Assembly: GCA_946965045.2 (NCBI GenBank)
Contig: OX337229.1
Coordinates: 3,100,001 to 3,164,000 of the forward strand
Source of the DNA: Epithemia pelagica
Lineage: Eukaryota > Protista > Bacillariophyta
DNA length: 64,000 nt
Direction: 5' to 3'
Below, one piece after another: positions 28,011-39,400 of the stretch (position 1 is the stretch's first letter; each line of letters starts with the position of its first letter). Below the pieces are notes generated by a model. The model made no database searches. It was not told the origin of the DNA and saw only the letters and a list, made by a program, of their open reading frames with translations. The translations under genes and the position numbers were made by a program.

Positions 28011-29027
28011 TCAAACTTCGTATAATCCGAAACTTTTTTCAGTGATATCATTTATGTTGTCGGGACTGACAACGGAGATGGCAATCTCGGTACTCCCAAG
28101 GCATGATTCTTCATCGTCCAACAGTTTTGTGACACAGAGTGAAGATATTTGGTGGTCGTCCTCGTACAACAGTTCGTTGAGGGAGTCGAGGACAAATTTG
28201 GCCAGGTTATCTACGTCGGTTCGGGTGGGGGTGCATACAGAGGGCGCCGACGCTTTTAGTGCACGGCCTCTTGTGCTGGCCACAAAATGGCTCAAAGGTC
28301 GCTTTGTTCGAAATAGTAGTGTCATGGCCAGTGATTCCTCCTTTGCTAGAGAACTATTGGCTCGTGAGAAAAGTGGCCGAGGATTGGTGGGAAGGTCGGA
28401 GGTTAAGGTCTTGAGGTTTGTTACTGTTTGATTGTTGGAGTGAAAGATGAGATTTTCTACAATCTTTCGAAAACAGTCTTGGGCGTTCGCAGACGGATTG
28501 TAAATAAAGCCGCGGTTTGTTCGATGGCGACGAAGTGGCAAGGGATTGCCTCGGACTTTGAATCGCACTTTCTGGCAACACAGCAGAGCGTCACCTGTCG
28601 CAGGAACTTTATAATCCATTGACACTTGATCCGACGGATCACTCCAAAAAGGAGGATCCTTCTCCTTCGTTTTCTTGGTCTTTTTCTTCTTCGTAGCTCT
28701 TGTTTTCTTGGGATTAGATCCTTTCTTCGTAGTGCTGGCGATGCTATCTTTCTTGCTTGGCTCAGCGGCGTTGCCGGCGTCGGTAATGTCTTCTGAGCGG
28801 GATCTCGCAACGGTTCGCACCCCACGAAGTTTCGATACCGCGATGAGCCCGTGCGACGCCGCATTCGGTGCCTTGATTCGACGCCGATTGGAATATTTCA
28901 GCGGTATTTGATTCCGTTGAAACGAAGCCGTCCAGGCCTCCACCGTAGCTACCAAGAGAACCGCCACGAGCAGCACTTGCTGCAGCCGAGCTGTTCGGTC
29001 ATGGAGTTCTCCAGTTCTCCCTTCCAT
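28011..29027 (-). CDS. RusA-family Holliday-junction resolvase-like endonuclease with signal/plastid-targeting N-terminus
   Basis: FKVRGNPLP..R, YNPS and TDVDNLAKFVLDSLNELLYEDDHQI (RusA DxDNxxK...D...DD catalytic motif); hydrophobic VLLVAVLLVATVEA-W signal. Confidence 0.8.
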   Translation of the reverse strand: MEGRTGELHDRTARLQQVLLVAVLLVATVEAWTASFQRNQIPLKYSNRRRIKAPNAASHGLIAVSKLRGVRTVARSRSEDITDAGNAAEPSKKDSIASTTKKGSNPKKTRATKKKKTKKTKEKDPPFWSDPSDQVSMDYKVPATGDALLCCQKVRFKVRGNPLPLRRHRTNRGFIYNPSANAQDCFRKIVENLIFHSNNQTVTNLKTLTSDLPTNPRPLFSRANSSLAKEESLAMTLLFRTKRPLSHFVASTRGRALKASAPSVCTPTRTDVDNLAKFVLDSLNELLYEDDHQISSLCVTKLLDDEESCLGSTEIAISVVSPDNINDITEKSFGLYEV

Positions 29028-30321
29028 CCTGTGCTCGTGACCAAAGGCGAACGCCTTTTAACTAGGGGACTACAGAATGCTTGTTACTTCCTTTCTTGTG
29101 TTCTCGCTGTCCCGTGGTGCAAGTCTCAACTGCACAAATAAAGAAATGTGCAGGTCTTGTTTTGTGAGATCGATTGCAGATTGAATTCTTGGTGTCTTGG
29201 CGCACGACTAACGGCTCTTTCCGATCTTTATGTGACATCCGAGTGCGTGACTGCTACCTTATTGCGAATTACAATGGCTTTGCCTGGCCTGCTCGTCGAC
29301 TTTGTATAAAGGCGCGCATCGGCACTGAAGAGCATGCGGATGGCTGGCGATTTGGGGGAAGAAGATCCTTACGCATTTCCATCTGCACCATACCGTGCTC
29401 GCAGATACAGTAGCGTACCGACAGAAACAGGCAATAGGCAATGCACTCTTGCCTTCGCACAAGCCTGAAAGCGACAAGAATGGAAGAACACTTGTGTTGA
29501 TTCAAATGATTCGAAAAAGGCGGCACCCATGCAATCAGAGCTGGTCGTGTCTGCTTGTCCGTTGATTTTTCTTGTGTATCCACAACGCACTAGCAACTAG
29601 CAGGTAGGAGGGAGAAAGAGAAACCAGAGGACTGGTAGTCTTATGTGGAACATGGATTCCTGTATCGCATTGAGGTTGAAGCAGTCGCGTCCGTTTAGGT
29701 CCTTCTTGGGATTTCTCTTCATTTGACTTGACGGGGATGTCCGTTCGGCTATCCAAATACACAAACGAGTGCTCCGAATCAAAATTTGATACGACTCGTG
29801 TCATGCGGTTGGTAGAAACACGCCAATGACCTTCAGAAGAATCAACAACTGGACAGGAGAAAGCGACAAACTCGTAGACAACCACGATGCCCCCGACGTC
29901 AATGATCGTCAAATTCTGAATTGTCCTTCTTCAAAGTGTTTCATGCTATTTCTTCATATGTTTGGATCCTAGTGTCATGTATCTCCCCTTTGAAGTATCC
30001 ACGATGTTTTCGCTGGAGATTTCGCAATAGCTATCAATACCAATCACAGTGAGATAACGAATCTATATACCTATGTCCAACACTAGTTCTTCAGAAAGAA
30101 ACTTTACGATCGCGTAATGAGCTAGCTAATGCTTCAGATAAAACACTTTTTCCGAAAGATCAAACACTTCGACCAGACGATTTCGACGATTTCGACAGTC
30201 GACACCCTAAAATTACCGTCTGCGGAAGGTTACCAGAGAACCACGCGCTCATGAAGAGGTGATTGGCAACTACCTAATAGTGTAAGTTTGACTTCGTGAC
30301 CATCTTGTTGCTAACGATTTC

Positions 30322-30416
30322 AACGGAAGAAACAACGGATCTCTAGGCTTCGCGCAAAACACGTGTGGTGTTCTCTACCGGATCTCAACGGATCTGACAA
30401 CGGATCGAAACGGATC
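30322..30416 (+). repeat. Cluster of AACGG / CGGATC motifs
   Basis: AACGG at 30322, 30334, 30387, 30399 and 30409; CGGATC at 30336, 30379, 30389, 30401 and 30411. Confidence 0.8.
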
Positions 30417-31033
30417 TGAACCGGTTTCAACGAGCCGATTGGTTCTTTGCTTTGACCTATGTTATGATTTATGTCGCGTGGGAGTCCATGTAACCAACGT
30501 TTCTTTGCACGAAGTCTATGATTATGATGGGTGTGTTCGGCTGAAGGCTCTGCCAAAAATGTGGGCCTTGGACAAAATAGTACTGCTCCCCCGGCTTTCG
30601 GACTGAGCCACGGACGACGCACGGATGTCAGCCACGACCACGACTACTTTCACAACATCTTCCGGTCGCATTCCAGACGCTCAAAAATGGAAATATTCCT
30701 CTTACCTAGGAGTACGTAGGAGTACCTTACTTCCCTCACTAGGTAGTTGCGATAAGAAATTCTATCGGTAGGAGTAGATAGGTTCCGGAGTCCGGAGGCC
30801 AAAATGATCCACACCGACGACATCCTACGGGGCCACCAATGATATATGCTTTACCAAAAAAGAGAGGAAACAGCAGCCGCAGAATCAACAGTCTTGCAGC
30901 ATCACGATATCATGACGCGATATCGATCTCGAGGATCTCATTGAGATATGGAAGTATAAGTACTTAACTTTCTCTTGCACTCCGATATCTGCACTTCGCG
31001 ATACGATGATGCAGCCTTGTCTGATTGTAGACG

Positions 31034-34000
31034 TCAGTGAACAACCCGCGTTTTGCTTTGTTGATAAAACAACTGTGCAATTTGCTCCGTTGTTGTCGCT
31101 TGGTCAGGCTTCTTATCTGGTCGCCGTCGTTTGAATCGTGGAAACCGGAGAGCCACACCTCGCCCCTCTCTATCCATTATCAAACCAGCAGCAGCGGTGT
31201 GAGTGCGGCTAATTGTGAGGTCAGCAAATGAGACTTCAAAAACCTCCATTGGTCTGAACCATATTGGTGGGTTCTCATTTGTCACAAGTACGGTCGATGG
31301 TGGACGACTTGGAAAGCAATTGACCCATTTTGTCCCATCTTCATCTGAGTTGATAGTTCTATCATCACTTGAAGGTACTCCCTGTCCTTCTTCGTTTGTG
31401 TCACTGCCATCACTATTTGAATCGCGCCAATCGCCATCCATATGGTTGACGTCGCCGTATGGAATTCCGTCAAGATAAAACTTTTTCATAGATTCATACA
31501 TGCTGTCGCTGAAACTCATGCATCGAGATATGGAGCGAAAAACTCCGTCGTCTTCGTCATACACAGCCAATAAAACGGGACTAAGATAACCTGCTTTTGC
31601 TTTGCGTCCATTGCCATACCATGCACCGATTGGAACCACATCAATGGTGTCTGAAAACGAACCACCAACATAGTCACGTTTTACCTTGAGCCACTCGTGG
31701 CTTCGAGTACCGGATTCATAAAACCCTGACGAGACACGCTTAGAATCAACGACCACAGGACTTTCAGGGGAACCGTCGTCTACCTTGTACTCGCCAGTTA
31801 TTTTCACCATGAGGCCTTCTGCTCCACCGTCAATCGCTTTCGACAAAGCATCTGTGACGAGACCTTCCTCAAATATCGAAGCGGCTGAAGGAAGGGGAGG
31901 AATCAGAGTGGCCTCAGCGAATGCGAAACCAGCTGTCTCAACGAAGTAGTCGCGCAGCATTTCCCGTCGTTTCCAAAGTGGCGTGGTAAGCAAGGAGCGC
32001 CCATTGATGTATAGTAGGTCAAAGCAATAAACACGTACTTTGCGTCTACTGTTGACTACATTCGAAGTACCCCGTCTCAACTCCTGAAAGGGCAGAAGAC
32101 GAACTTGAGGTATGGACCCTTGCTTTTCTGATGGTTTTGATACAGTCTCAACTGCCACTATTTCAGCATCACATATGAACGAATCCACTTGATCACCTTT
32201 ACCTGCAGCCGCATCTAGAAAGAATGAAGACACATCAGGATATTGGTCGGATTGGTCCAGTAAATGTCTGCTAAAAAGCTTGACGACTCCTCCGTCAGAA
32301 TCAACGCTAATACCATGCGCTTGACACCGAACACCATCATATTTCCATTCTGCAATTGCCGCTGACCCCTTACTATTGCGAATGAAATTTTCCACCTGTT
32401 CCAAAGAGTGGGCCGGGTTCGCAAGCATCGGTTCAACTGGATATCCCAAATCCAGAGAGCAAGCCTCTTCGGCACGTTCAATACCTCCTTGAAGAAGGGC
32501 AAAACAAATTTTGTCAAGGCGAGGGCAAACATTATAAACTTTCTGCAATCGATCTGCTAACTGCCTTGCATCCTTCGTTGAAGAGGATTCATCCTTCTTT
32601 TGTTTATCTGAACTTGTCGTTGTGTGGCTTTCCCCTGCTGTGCCTGTGCTGTCTGTGATTGTCGTTGCCAAAGCCGCCAAAACTGTCTTTAATGTTGCAC
32701 CCAATCTCATGTTTCCCAGAACCGTTCGAACAAGAAATCTAATGGCCTCCTTATCTCGTTGAGCTGTACGAAACATCTTGACCAAGAGATCTTGACGCAT
32801 GGAAACACTTCCCCTTCCCGCTTGGACTGTAGCAATGGCCTGCAAGCACTCATGAACAGATTGGATCGAAAACGAGGTTTCAGGACTCATATCGCCACAA
32901 TTCTGTTTTTTCGGTTTGTTTGTCGATTCTGCTGAAACGAAAAACGATTTGACCGTTTTCGTCTTGTTGAGTGCATCTGCAGCCACATCGCCAAGATCAC
33001 CCAAACGCCGATATGACTCTCGCATTTGAGTAGGCGAGAGACCAAGTACAACACGCAAGGCCTTTGAGACAGCCGAGCCACTTACTTGCAAGGAAACATT
33101 GACGATTCCTGAACCAAGTTTGCTTGGGGAGACCGCCTTCTCAGATTTCGATTTTGTCATGATTGTCAGCTTGCCCAAAATGAGATCTAGAGTCATGTGT
33201 AGGAGACGTGCCTGTACAGCGAGTTGAGGTTGACCATCACCCCTAGAATTGATTTTATTCCAGCCCATACTTTCCAATGCTTCATGGAACAAAGCTTGCA
33301 AAGCCTCGAGTTTGAGCGTCCGTTTGGTTGTCCCTGCCACTCTTCCCAAATGTTTGACAACCATAGAGTACAAGATATCTCTGTGTGGAGAAACCTCAGA
33401 GTCAAGGGGTCTACTCATGAGGGCACTTGAATTAGACCGAGGGTTTGTGTCGGTAACTTTGGGAGCCAAAATTGTGGCGGCGAGCGCAGCTTTCGAAGGG
33501 TTCTTTGACACACTATCGGCTGATGCCATCCCATGACCTCTAGCAGCTAAATTTCCCTCGCCGCATAGCACGATGTTTTGAGGATAAATTTGATTCGTTG
33601 GTCCAATGTCAGACACACTGGTATTGGTAGCACCGAGAGGGTGATTCCCTTCAGGGCTCGGCTTGGCTTGTGGTCGATTCTCTGTCGCAAGTGTGGGAGC
33701 AACGGACAGCGGAGAGGACTTGGCCATGAAAAAATCGAGAGTAGACTGCAACCGACGGCGCTTCGGGCGATTAGGCAGAGATTTCACGGAAGAAGATGAA
33801 GTGCCATTTGAATTGGCTTTTGGTGATTTTATTTCCTGGACGTGCTCAATTGTTCCTGAAGATTCGAGAGACTCTACCCGCGCGACTGATTGTCCCCCAA
33901 CATAAGGAGAAGACAAGACTTGGAGACGAGGATGCATAAGCGTAGCATTATTCTGAGAGTTGTCGCTCTTTGTCTTGATGCTTGAGGATGGGCATGTTTC

Positions 34001-34201
34001 CGAAGTCGTTGTGTTCGATGTTACGAAGAAAAAATGAAGCTCGACTGCTTGCTCAATGGATCCATTACCAACTGCTTCCAAGAGCTCCCTGGCTCGCTCT
34101 GTGGAAATATCTCCATCGAGGATTTCAACAAGGCGATCAATAAGATCCTCTGTAACTTGGTCGGTGCCGACTCCAGAATCATCTTTCGGTGCTGTGTTCA
34201 T
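31034..34201 (-). CDS. ATP-dependent DNA ligase, ligase I-like (UBA-like N-terminus, PIP box)
   Basis: EWKYDG (I), CDAEIV (III), FDLLY (IIIa), EGLMVK (IV), WLKVKRDY (V), LRFPRF (VI); QSTLDFF PIP box; first plausible ATG at 34201. Confidence 0.92.
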   Translation of the reverse strand: MNTAPKDDSGVGTDQVTEDLIDRLVEILDGDISTERARELLEAVGNGSIEQAVELHFFFVTSNTTTSETCPSSSIKTKSDNSQNNATLMHPRLQVLSSPYVGGQSVARVESLESSGTIEHVQEIKSPKANSNGTSSSSVKSLPNRPKRRRLQSTLDFFMAKSSPLSVAPTLATENRPQAKPSPEGNHPLGATNTSVSDIGPTNQIYPQNIVLCGEGNLAARGHGMASADSVSKNPSKAALAATILAPKVTDTNPRSNSSALMSRPLDSEVSPHRDILYSMVVKHLGRVAGTTKRTLKLEALQALFHEALESMGWNKINSRGDGQPQLAVQARLLHMTLDLILGKLTIMTKSKSEKAVSPSKLGSGIVNVSLQVSGSAVSKALRVVLGLSPTQMRESYRRLGDLGDVAADALNKTKTVKSFFVSAESTNKPKKQNCGDMSPETSFSIQSVHECLQAIATVQAGRGSVSMRQDLLVKMFRTAQRDKEAIRFLVRTVLGNMRLGATLKTVLAALATTITDSTGTAGESHTTTSSDKQKKDESSSTKDARQLADRLQKVYNVCPRLDKICFALLQGGIERAEEACSLDLGYPVEPMLANPAHSLEQVENFIRNSKGSAAIAEWKYDGVRCQAHGISVDSDGGVVKLFSRHLLDQSDQYPDVSSFFLDAAAGKGDQVDSFICDAEIVAVETVSKPSEKQGSIPQVRLLPFQELRRGTSNVVNSRRKVRVYCFDLLYINGRSLLTTPLWKRREMLRDYFVETAGFAFAEATLIPPLPSAASIFEEGLVTDALSKAIDGGAEGLMVKITGEYKVDDGSPESPVVVDSKRVSSGFYESGTRSHEWLKVKRDYVGGSFSDTIDVVPIGAWYGNGRKAKAGYLSPVLLAVYDEDDGVFRSISRCMSFSDSMYESMKKFYLDGIPYGDVNHMDGDWRDSNSDGSDTNEEGQGVPSSDDRTINSDEDGTKWVNCFPSRPPSTVLVTNENPPIWFRPMEVFEVSFADLTISRTHTAAAGLIMDREGRGVALRFPRFKRRRPDKKPDQATTTEQIAQLFYQQSKTRVVH

Positions 34202-34695
34202 TATATATTGAGAATGGCAAATGGCGTTGCGCTTCGCGACTCTCGTGCGTTGATCACGCCCTAGCGGGGGTGCTGCTGCAATACAACCTAACGCCCCAAC
34301 CCCCAACGCATGTCGCTGAAATCTTCATCGCTGTAACTGCCTTTATGTCATAGTGAAATTGAGCTGAGCAATAGATGCAGCCGCTAAGGAGGCAATCGAT
34401 TCGTGAGAACGCCGTCCTCTGCCGGCCGGTCGCGTTGAGAAGTGCGAGAAGTCGCAGACAGCAAGCTCGCACGAACACGAACAGATAAACGAACAACACC
34501 ATATTCGAACGAGTACACCATACACTCGTACATTCACGAGCACAAAGGAGAAAGTTCTCTCTTCTCTCAGAACTGCGGGAGTAAATAGGAGGAAGTACAT
34601 CAAGCAAATCGCCTTGACGCAGTCTAATTTCAGAGACCACTCCGATATTGTAGTCGAGGGAAAGCTTCATTGTCTGAACAAACAGCTCAACTGCT

Positions 34696-35917
34696 ATGTT
34701 GACGTGGTCCTCAAGTAGAACAAGGGGCGGTGCCGTTGGCACTTCTAGCTATCCTGGCAATCGAGTGGGCGGCAGCACGACTGCCACTGCAACTGCAACG
34801 ACAGTCCGGGGAAGCGTGCGAACTAGCAAAAGCAGTTACTCGAGAAGCCAGCACTTGGAATCATATCTCAATGATGACATTCTGGGAAGGTCTACAATGA
34901 AGGTTTCGCAAGGTATGTGTGAATCAGCCCTGAATGCTTTCCATGTCGACCGTTCTCACTCTGGTAGACCATACAGATGATACAACGTACGATACTGTAT
35001 TTTCTACGGTTTCACAGGATACACTGATACTGAGAGTTCATTTTCCTGCAACGGACCCTGGAGCAACAGTGATTCGTGCACCAGACATGCAGTTGAAGGG
35101 TGTAACTGCCACCCACCCTTGGTTGGATAGCATTGGACGTGTTACTGGTTTCGATCCAATCTCCTCGGAACGGTCGTTTCGAGAATCTCGAAAGTTGTTG
35201 GGAGAAGCGGTGAAGGAGGTTGTTCAGCAATTGCAGCTCAATCCGCCCACTGTCATCGAATTTACAGACTCACACTTGGCGGACCAGCAACCGAAAAAGA
35301 GAACTACTGAGAAAAGACAAAATCCACCACCTACAAACGATGACTCTCCGCCAAGCTATGACACAGTTTTGAACAACGCCAGCCCACCTCGTCAGTCTGT
35401 CAATCTTCCTAGCATTCCAGCACAGTTTCCAGATTTGGAAGGAATGGACCGAGATGCATTGGACGAATTGTTGAACAATGAGGTAGTATTTCTCGATTAT
35501 TGCAACAATTTACCTGTTACCTCTGAGCTCCAGCAGCTCGAAACGGAGAAGCGCGAGCAAGTGGACAAGCTTGCCGCAGAGAATTTGTCAAGGCAATCTG
35601 AAATGCAAGAATTACATGAGTCCACGAAGAGACTTCACGAGAAATTACAGACCACGGTAGAGGAGTTTCAAGCTCTCGAAAAGCAGCAAGATACACTTCA
35701 GGAGAAACCCGATCCTAGTACACTAATTCGAGAATTAAACAAAGCCAAAAAGAAGGCATTTGATGAATCAGAGAAACTCGCTGACGATTGGTTGGACAAG
35801 GGAGACAAATGTGAGGAAACTATGGATGAGTTTTGTCGAACCTTTCTCGAAATACGAAAAATCCATCATGTACGAGCTGCAAAAATACAAATTTTATCCC
35901 ATCAACCACAAAAGTAA
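34696..35917 (+). CDS. VPS37: ESCRT-I subunit Vps37 (Mod_r domain, N-terminal UEV-like region)
   Basis: Exons 34696-34912 and 34968-35917 (55-nt GT-AG intron keeps frame); FPDLEGMD...LAAENL...SEKLADDWL...FCRTFLEIRKIHHVRAAK. Confidence 0.75.
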
Positions 35918-36446
35918 CAGCAAGATCACGGTAAATATCAATGATGCACATCTTGATGGTGGAAAGCTGTGCACTGTTGATTTTTGTAATTATTATGATC
36001 CCCTAGTCTACCAGTCTGTAGCACTAATATCACACTCGTTGTAGTCTACGATTTCCTTTATTATAACGTGACCATGAACTGCGAACAGGAACAACAACAA
36101 CCGCCCGCACAGTGGGTTCGGAGTTAAAATGAGATGGCCTGGTTTTGGTGAACGCCAAGGCAAAAGGCAGAGATTTGAGGGCTAACTCTACTAGCTCTAG
36201 GAAACTCTCATCGAGTGTGAAATTCCTCCTTGGCGTTCTTGAACTTTGGAAATAGTTCCTGGTGAACCGTCGTTTTGTGCCATTGTGGAAGTCCCATCTG
36301 AGGTACTCCTAGCTAGCTCCGTAGCTGAGTCGTTCTTTGAGGCCGTTACTGTACACGCTGTCACGCGCATTCCCGAACGCCACACATTGCGGGATTGGGG
36401 ATAACGGCAGACGCTTTTTGATTTTGTTGGATACAGCATCGGAACA

Positions 36447-39400
36447 ATGGCGGGTTTTACGTTTGGAAACGGTGGAGGAACTCCAGCTCCAGGAAACAAT
36501 GCCAGCACCGCTCCAAGTAGTGGCAGTGGTCCTGCTTCGTCTGCTCCTACGCCAGCTGCTGCATTTACCTTTGGATCAGGAGGCACGGCAGCCACCACCA
36601 GTGCGTCGTCCACGGCTCCTCCACCTTCCTCGGGTACAACAGGTGGTGGCTTCGCGTTTGGAGGCACGGCTAATCCTCCAACAGGTTCCTCTGCAAGTAC
36701 AGCACCTGTTGCTCCTGCTACTGGATTTACACTTGGTGGCCCTGGTGGGACCTCGGCCTCTTCAACACCATCAGCCGCGGCTACTTCTTCCGCAACCTTT
36801 GGAAGCGTTGGGAACGCAGCTCCCACACCGACTGCAAACCCCACCCCGGCGAACAAACCATCGTACATTTCGGTTCCAGAGTTTACTTCAGTGTTTCCGG
36901 GGCTTTCGATTGCTCGTGAAATCAGAAGTGAGGGTCGATTTGACGAAAAGAACCTTGCCACTCTACTGCAAGTAAAATCCGTGTGGAATCAAAATGCTGC
37001 AAATCCCACCACTCGACAGACGCTTCACCAGCAAAAGACAGTATTGCTCTCCTCGGTATCAGATCCCAGTCAGAAAGAGGAAGCGTTTCTGAATGATGAT
37101 ATGCTTCAACAGCTTTTCTCGCTTGCGGACGATTTGGCCTTGACCGAAGAACAGGCTTTGTCATTGATGGCTAAATCAAAGCAGGAAAATTCTTCCGCCG
37201 AAACGCTGTACTGGAATGAACGCAAGCAGCATCTAGAGACGCTTTTGTATGTGTTTCAGAAGCGGCTTGCAGTGGACGAGAATCAAGGAGAGTCAACCAC
37301 TGTTGATAATTTGTTGAACAAGGGTCTGGTAGGGGAACTGGTACAATTAATATCTGATTTCAGTAAACGCTTGGATCGCCTTACTGATCAGCAACGACGA
37401 CACAAGGCTGAGGCGCCTGATGATGCTAGTCGAGCCCGCCAGTCAAGAATCTTCTCGATGCACATTGACTTTGCATCGCAACAACGACAGATTGCCGCAG
37501 AAACTTTGTTTTTCATTGCGTACAACTTCCATTTGGAAATCGGTGAAACTATTCGCTTGCTTCAACTTATCCGCAGTCTCTCCAATGGCGACGAGAACAA
37601 CCTGGAGGTATCACCAGGACTTCGTCCATTGGACCCTTACAATGTTCCGTCGGCCTACTCGCACAACCATAATTCACATCAGCAGCCGCAGACCATGTGG
37701 ATAGACGGCATCGTTCAACCGTCCACATCTCATCTAGAAGAAAAGAATCCGTTTATCTGGCAGAAAGAACTGGTTGATCAGAATTGGGAGAACGGTCATC
37801 CCCAACTTCTGCGTTGCGTAGCGACTCTGTTGATGGCCGCTGCATCTGCACTGGATCAACGGACACCGCTTCATGATAGGGGCAACGGAAAGGTTTCTCT
37901 GCCGACAGAGGATTCCACAAAGGAGCTTTTGAACAAGGTTCATCCGGAGCTTTACGCCGAAGAGTGGAAGACGCCTCATATACTTGGCTTGTTACTGGCA
38001 AGCTATGCACTTACCCTTCAGTCAACGAACAACCCTGCTATCAGTTCGCCCTTGTCTCCTCGTGCTGGCCCGCCCTCTCCGTTTCACATGGGTGCAGGGA
38101 GCAATCTTAGTGCAGATGTGCGACGCACCTTCCGGCATGCACTTGAAGCACCCACTCTTTTCAAAACTTTTTCTTTCTCTCGCATATCGCTAATTCCAGC
38201 GCTACACTTGCCTAAGTCCACCTTGTCTTTTTCAGGGTGCAATACCTCTGAATTTCTGTTATCCGTCTTGACAGAGCTTACCTCGGGTTTCTTTGGTTTG
38301 CTTCTGCGGCACAACCCTCCGATATCTAGAGCCCAATGGGAGAAAGACGCAGAAGAAGATTTACGCCTTCGAAGGAAAGATCAGGAAAACTATCGGCAGT
38401 TTCAGAGTTGGTCCGGAACGAGGACAACGTTAGAAACTATCCCTGACTCTGTCGATTTACTGCAACGACCAGATTGTATGGACGACGTTCTCGCCTTATG
38501 CTACGACGTGTGTCGCTTGGACGCGAACTTTGCCGCGTGCTTCTGGAAGAAGCACAGTGCCATTGATACACTTTCAGAAATCGAAAAAATGCAACGAGAA
38601 GATGAGTCCCTTCTTCCTGGGTATGTGGATCTGATGTCAGGCCTGTCATTTCACGCTCCAAACCTTGTTCATTCAATCTTATCTGGTGAGGAATCAGCTG
38701 AAACATCCAGTAGTGGCGAGTACGGGCGCATTATCATGAGGTGGACAACTTTGCTGGAAACTCTTCGATACTACGCTCGCGAACTTGTGAATAAAGGGAA
38801 TGGTTCTTCTCAAACCTCTGCAAAGAGAACTAACTCTTTGGCTGCCGATCAATCTACTATGTATTACTACTACTCTACCGAAAACAACCTCGCAGCAGAC
38901 TACTCGGCGACGAGTTCTTCATCATCCTCATCGACAATGCGTGAACTCGGGGAAGCAAACACACGTATTCTCTCGTCCCACCTGATGCTTGTTGAATCAA
39001 TCGCGAGCAAATCATCCGGGGCAAGAGATTTTCTGAGGAATTTGAACTTGCCAATTACGTCGGGTGAAAGTGCTGTGGGTCAAGATTCTCTATTCATGGT
39101 TCTTTTTTCACTTACCTCCGCACCAATCTCACCTGAACTTAGGGGATTGGTGTTTGAATCATTGGCTTCAATAATTGATGGCTGCAGCGAAAAACAAGTT
39201 AATGATGCCTGGGCATGCGTGGAAGATTACGGTATTTTACCCATAGACAAACTTCTGGTGTACACAACGCCAATTCCGGAAGGAGGTGCACCCAGAATTC
39301 TGTTTCCTCCCTCTTCAACAGCTCGGGTAAGCCTTTTTGACATGTCATTTATCCCTTCATCATTGTTCTGACCACTTTTTCTTCAGGTGAATGAGAAGCA

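Noticed and set aside
30901-30947. GATATC/GATC-rich short palindromes downstream of the ligase gene
   Set aside because: Stems are 6-8 bp only, which is expected by chance; no terminator-like function is known for this context.
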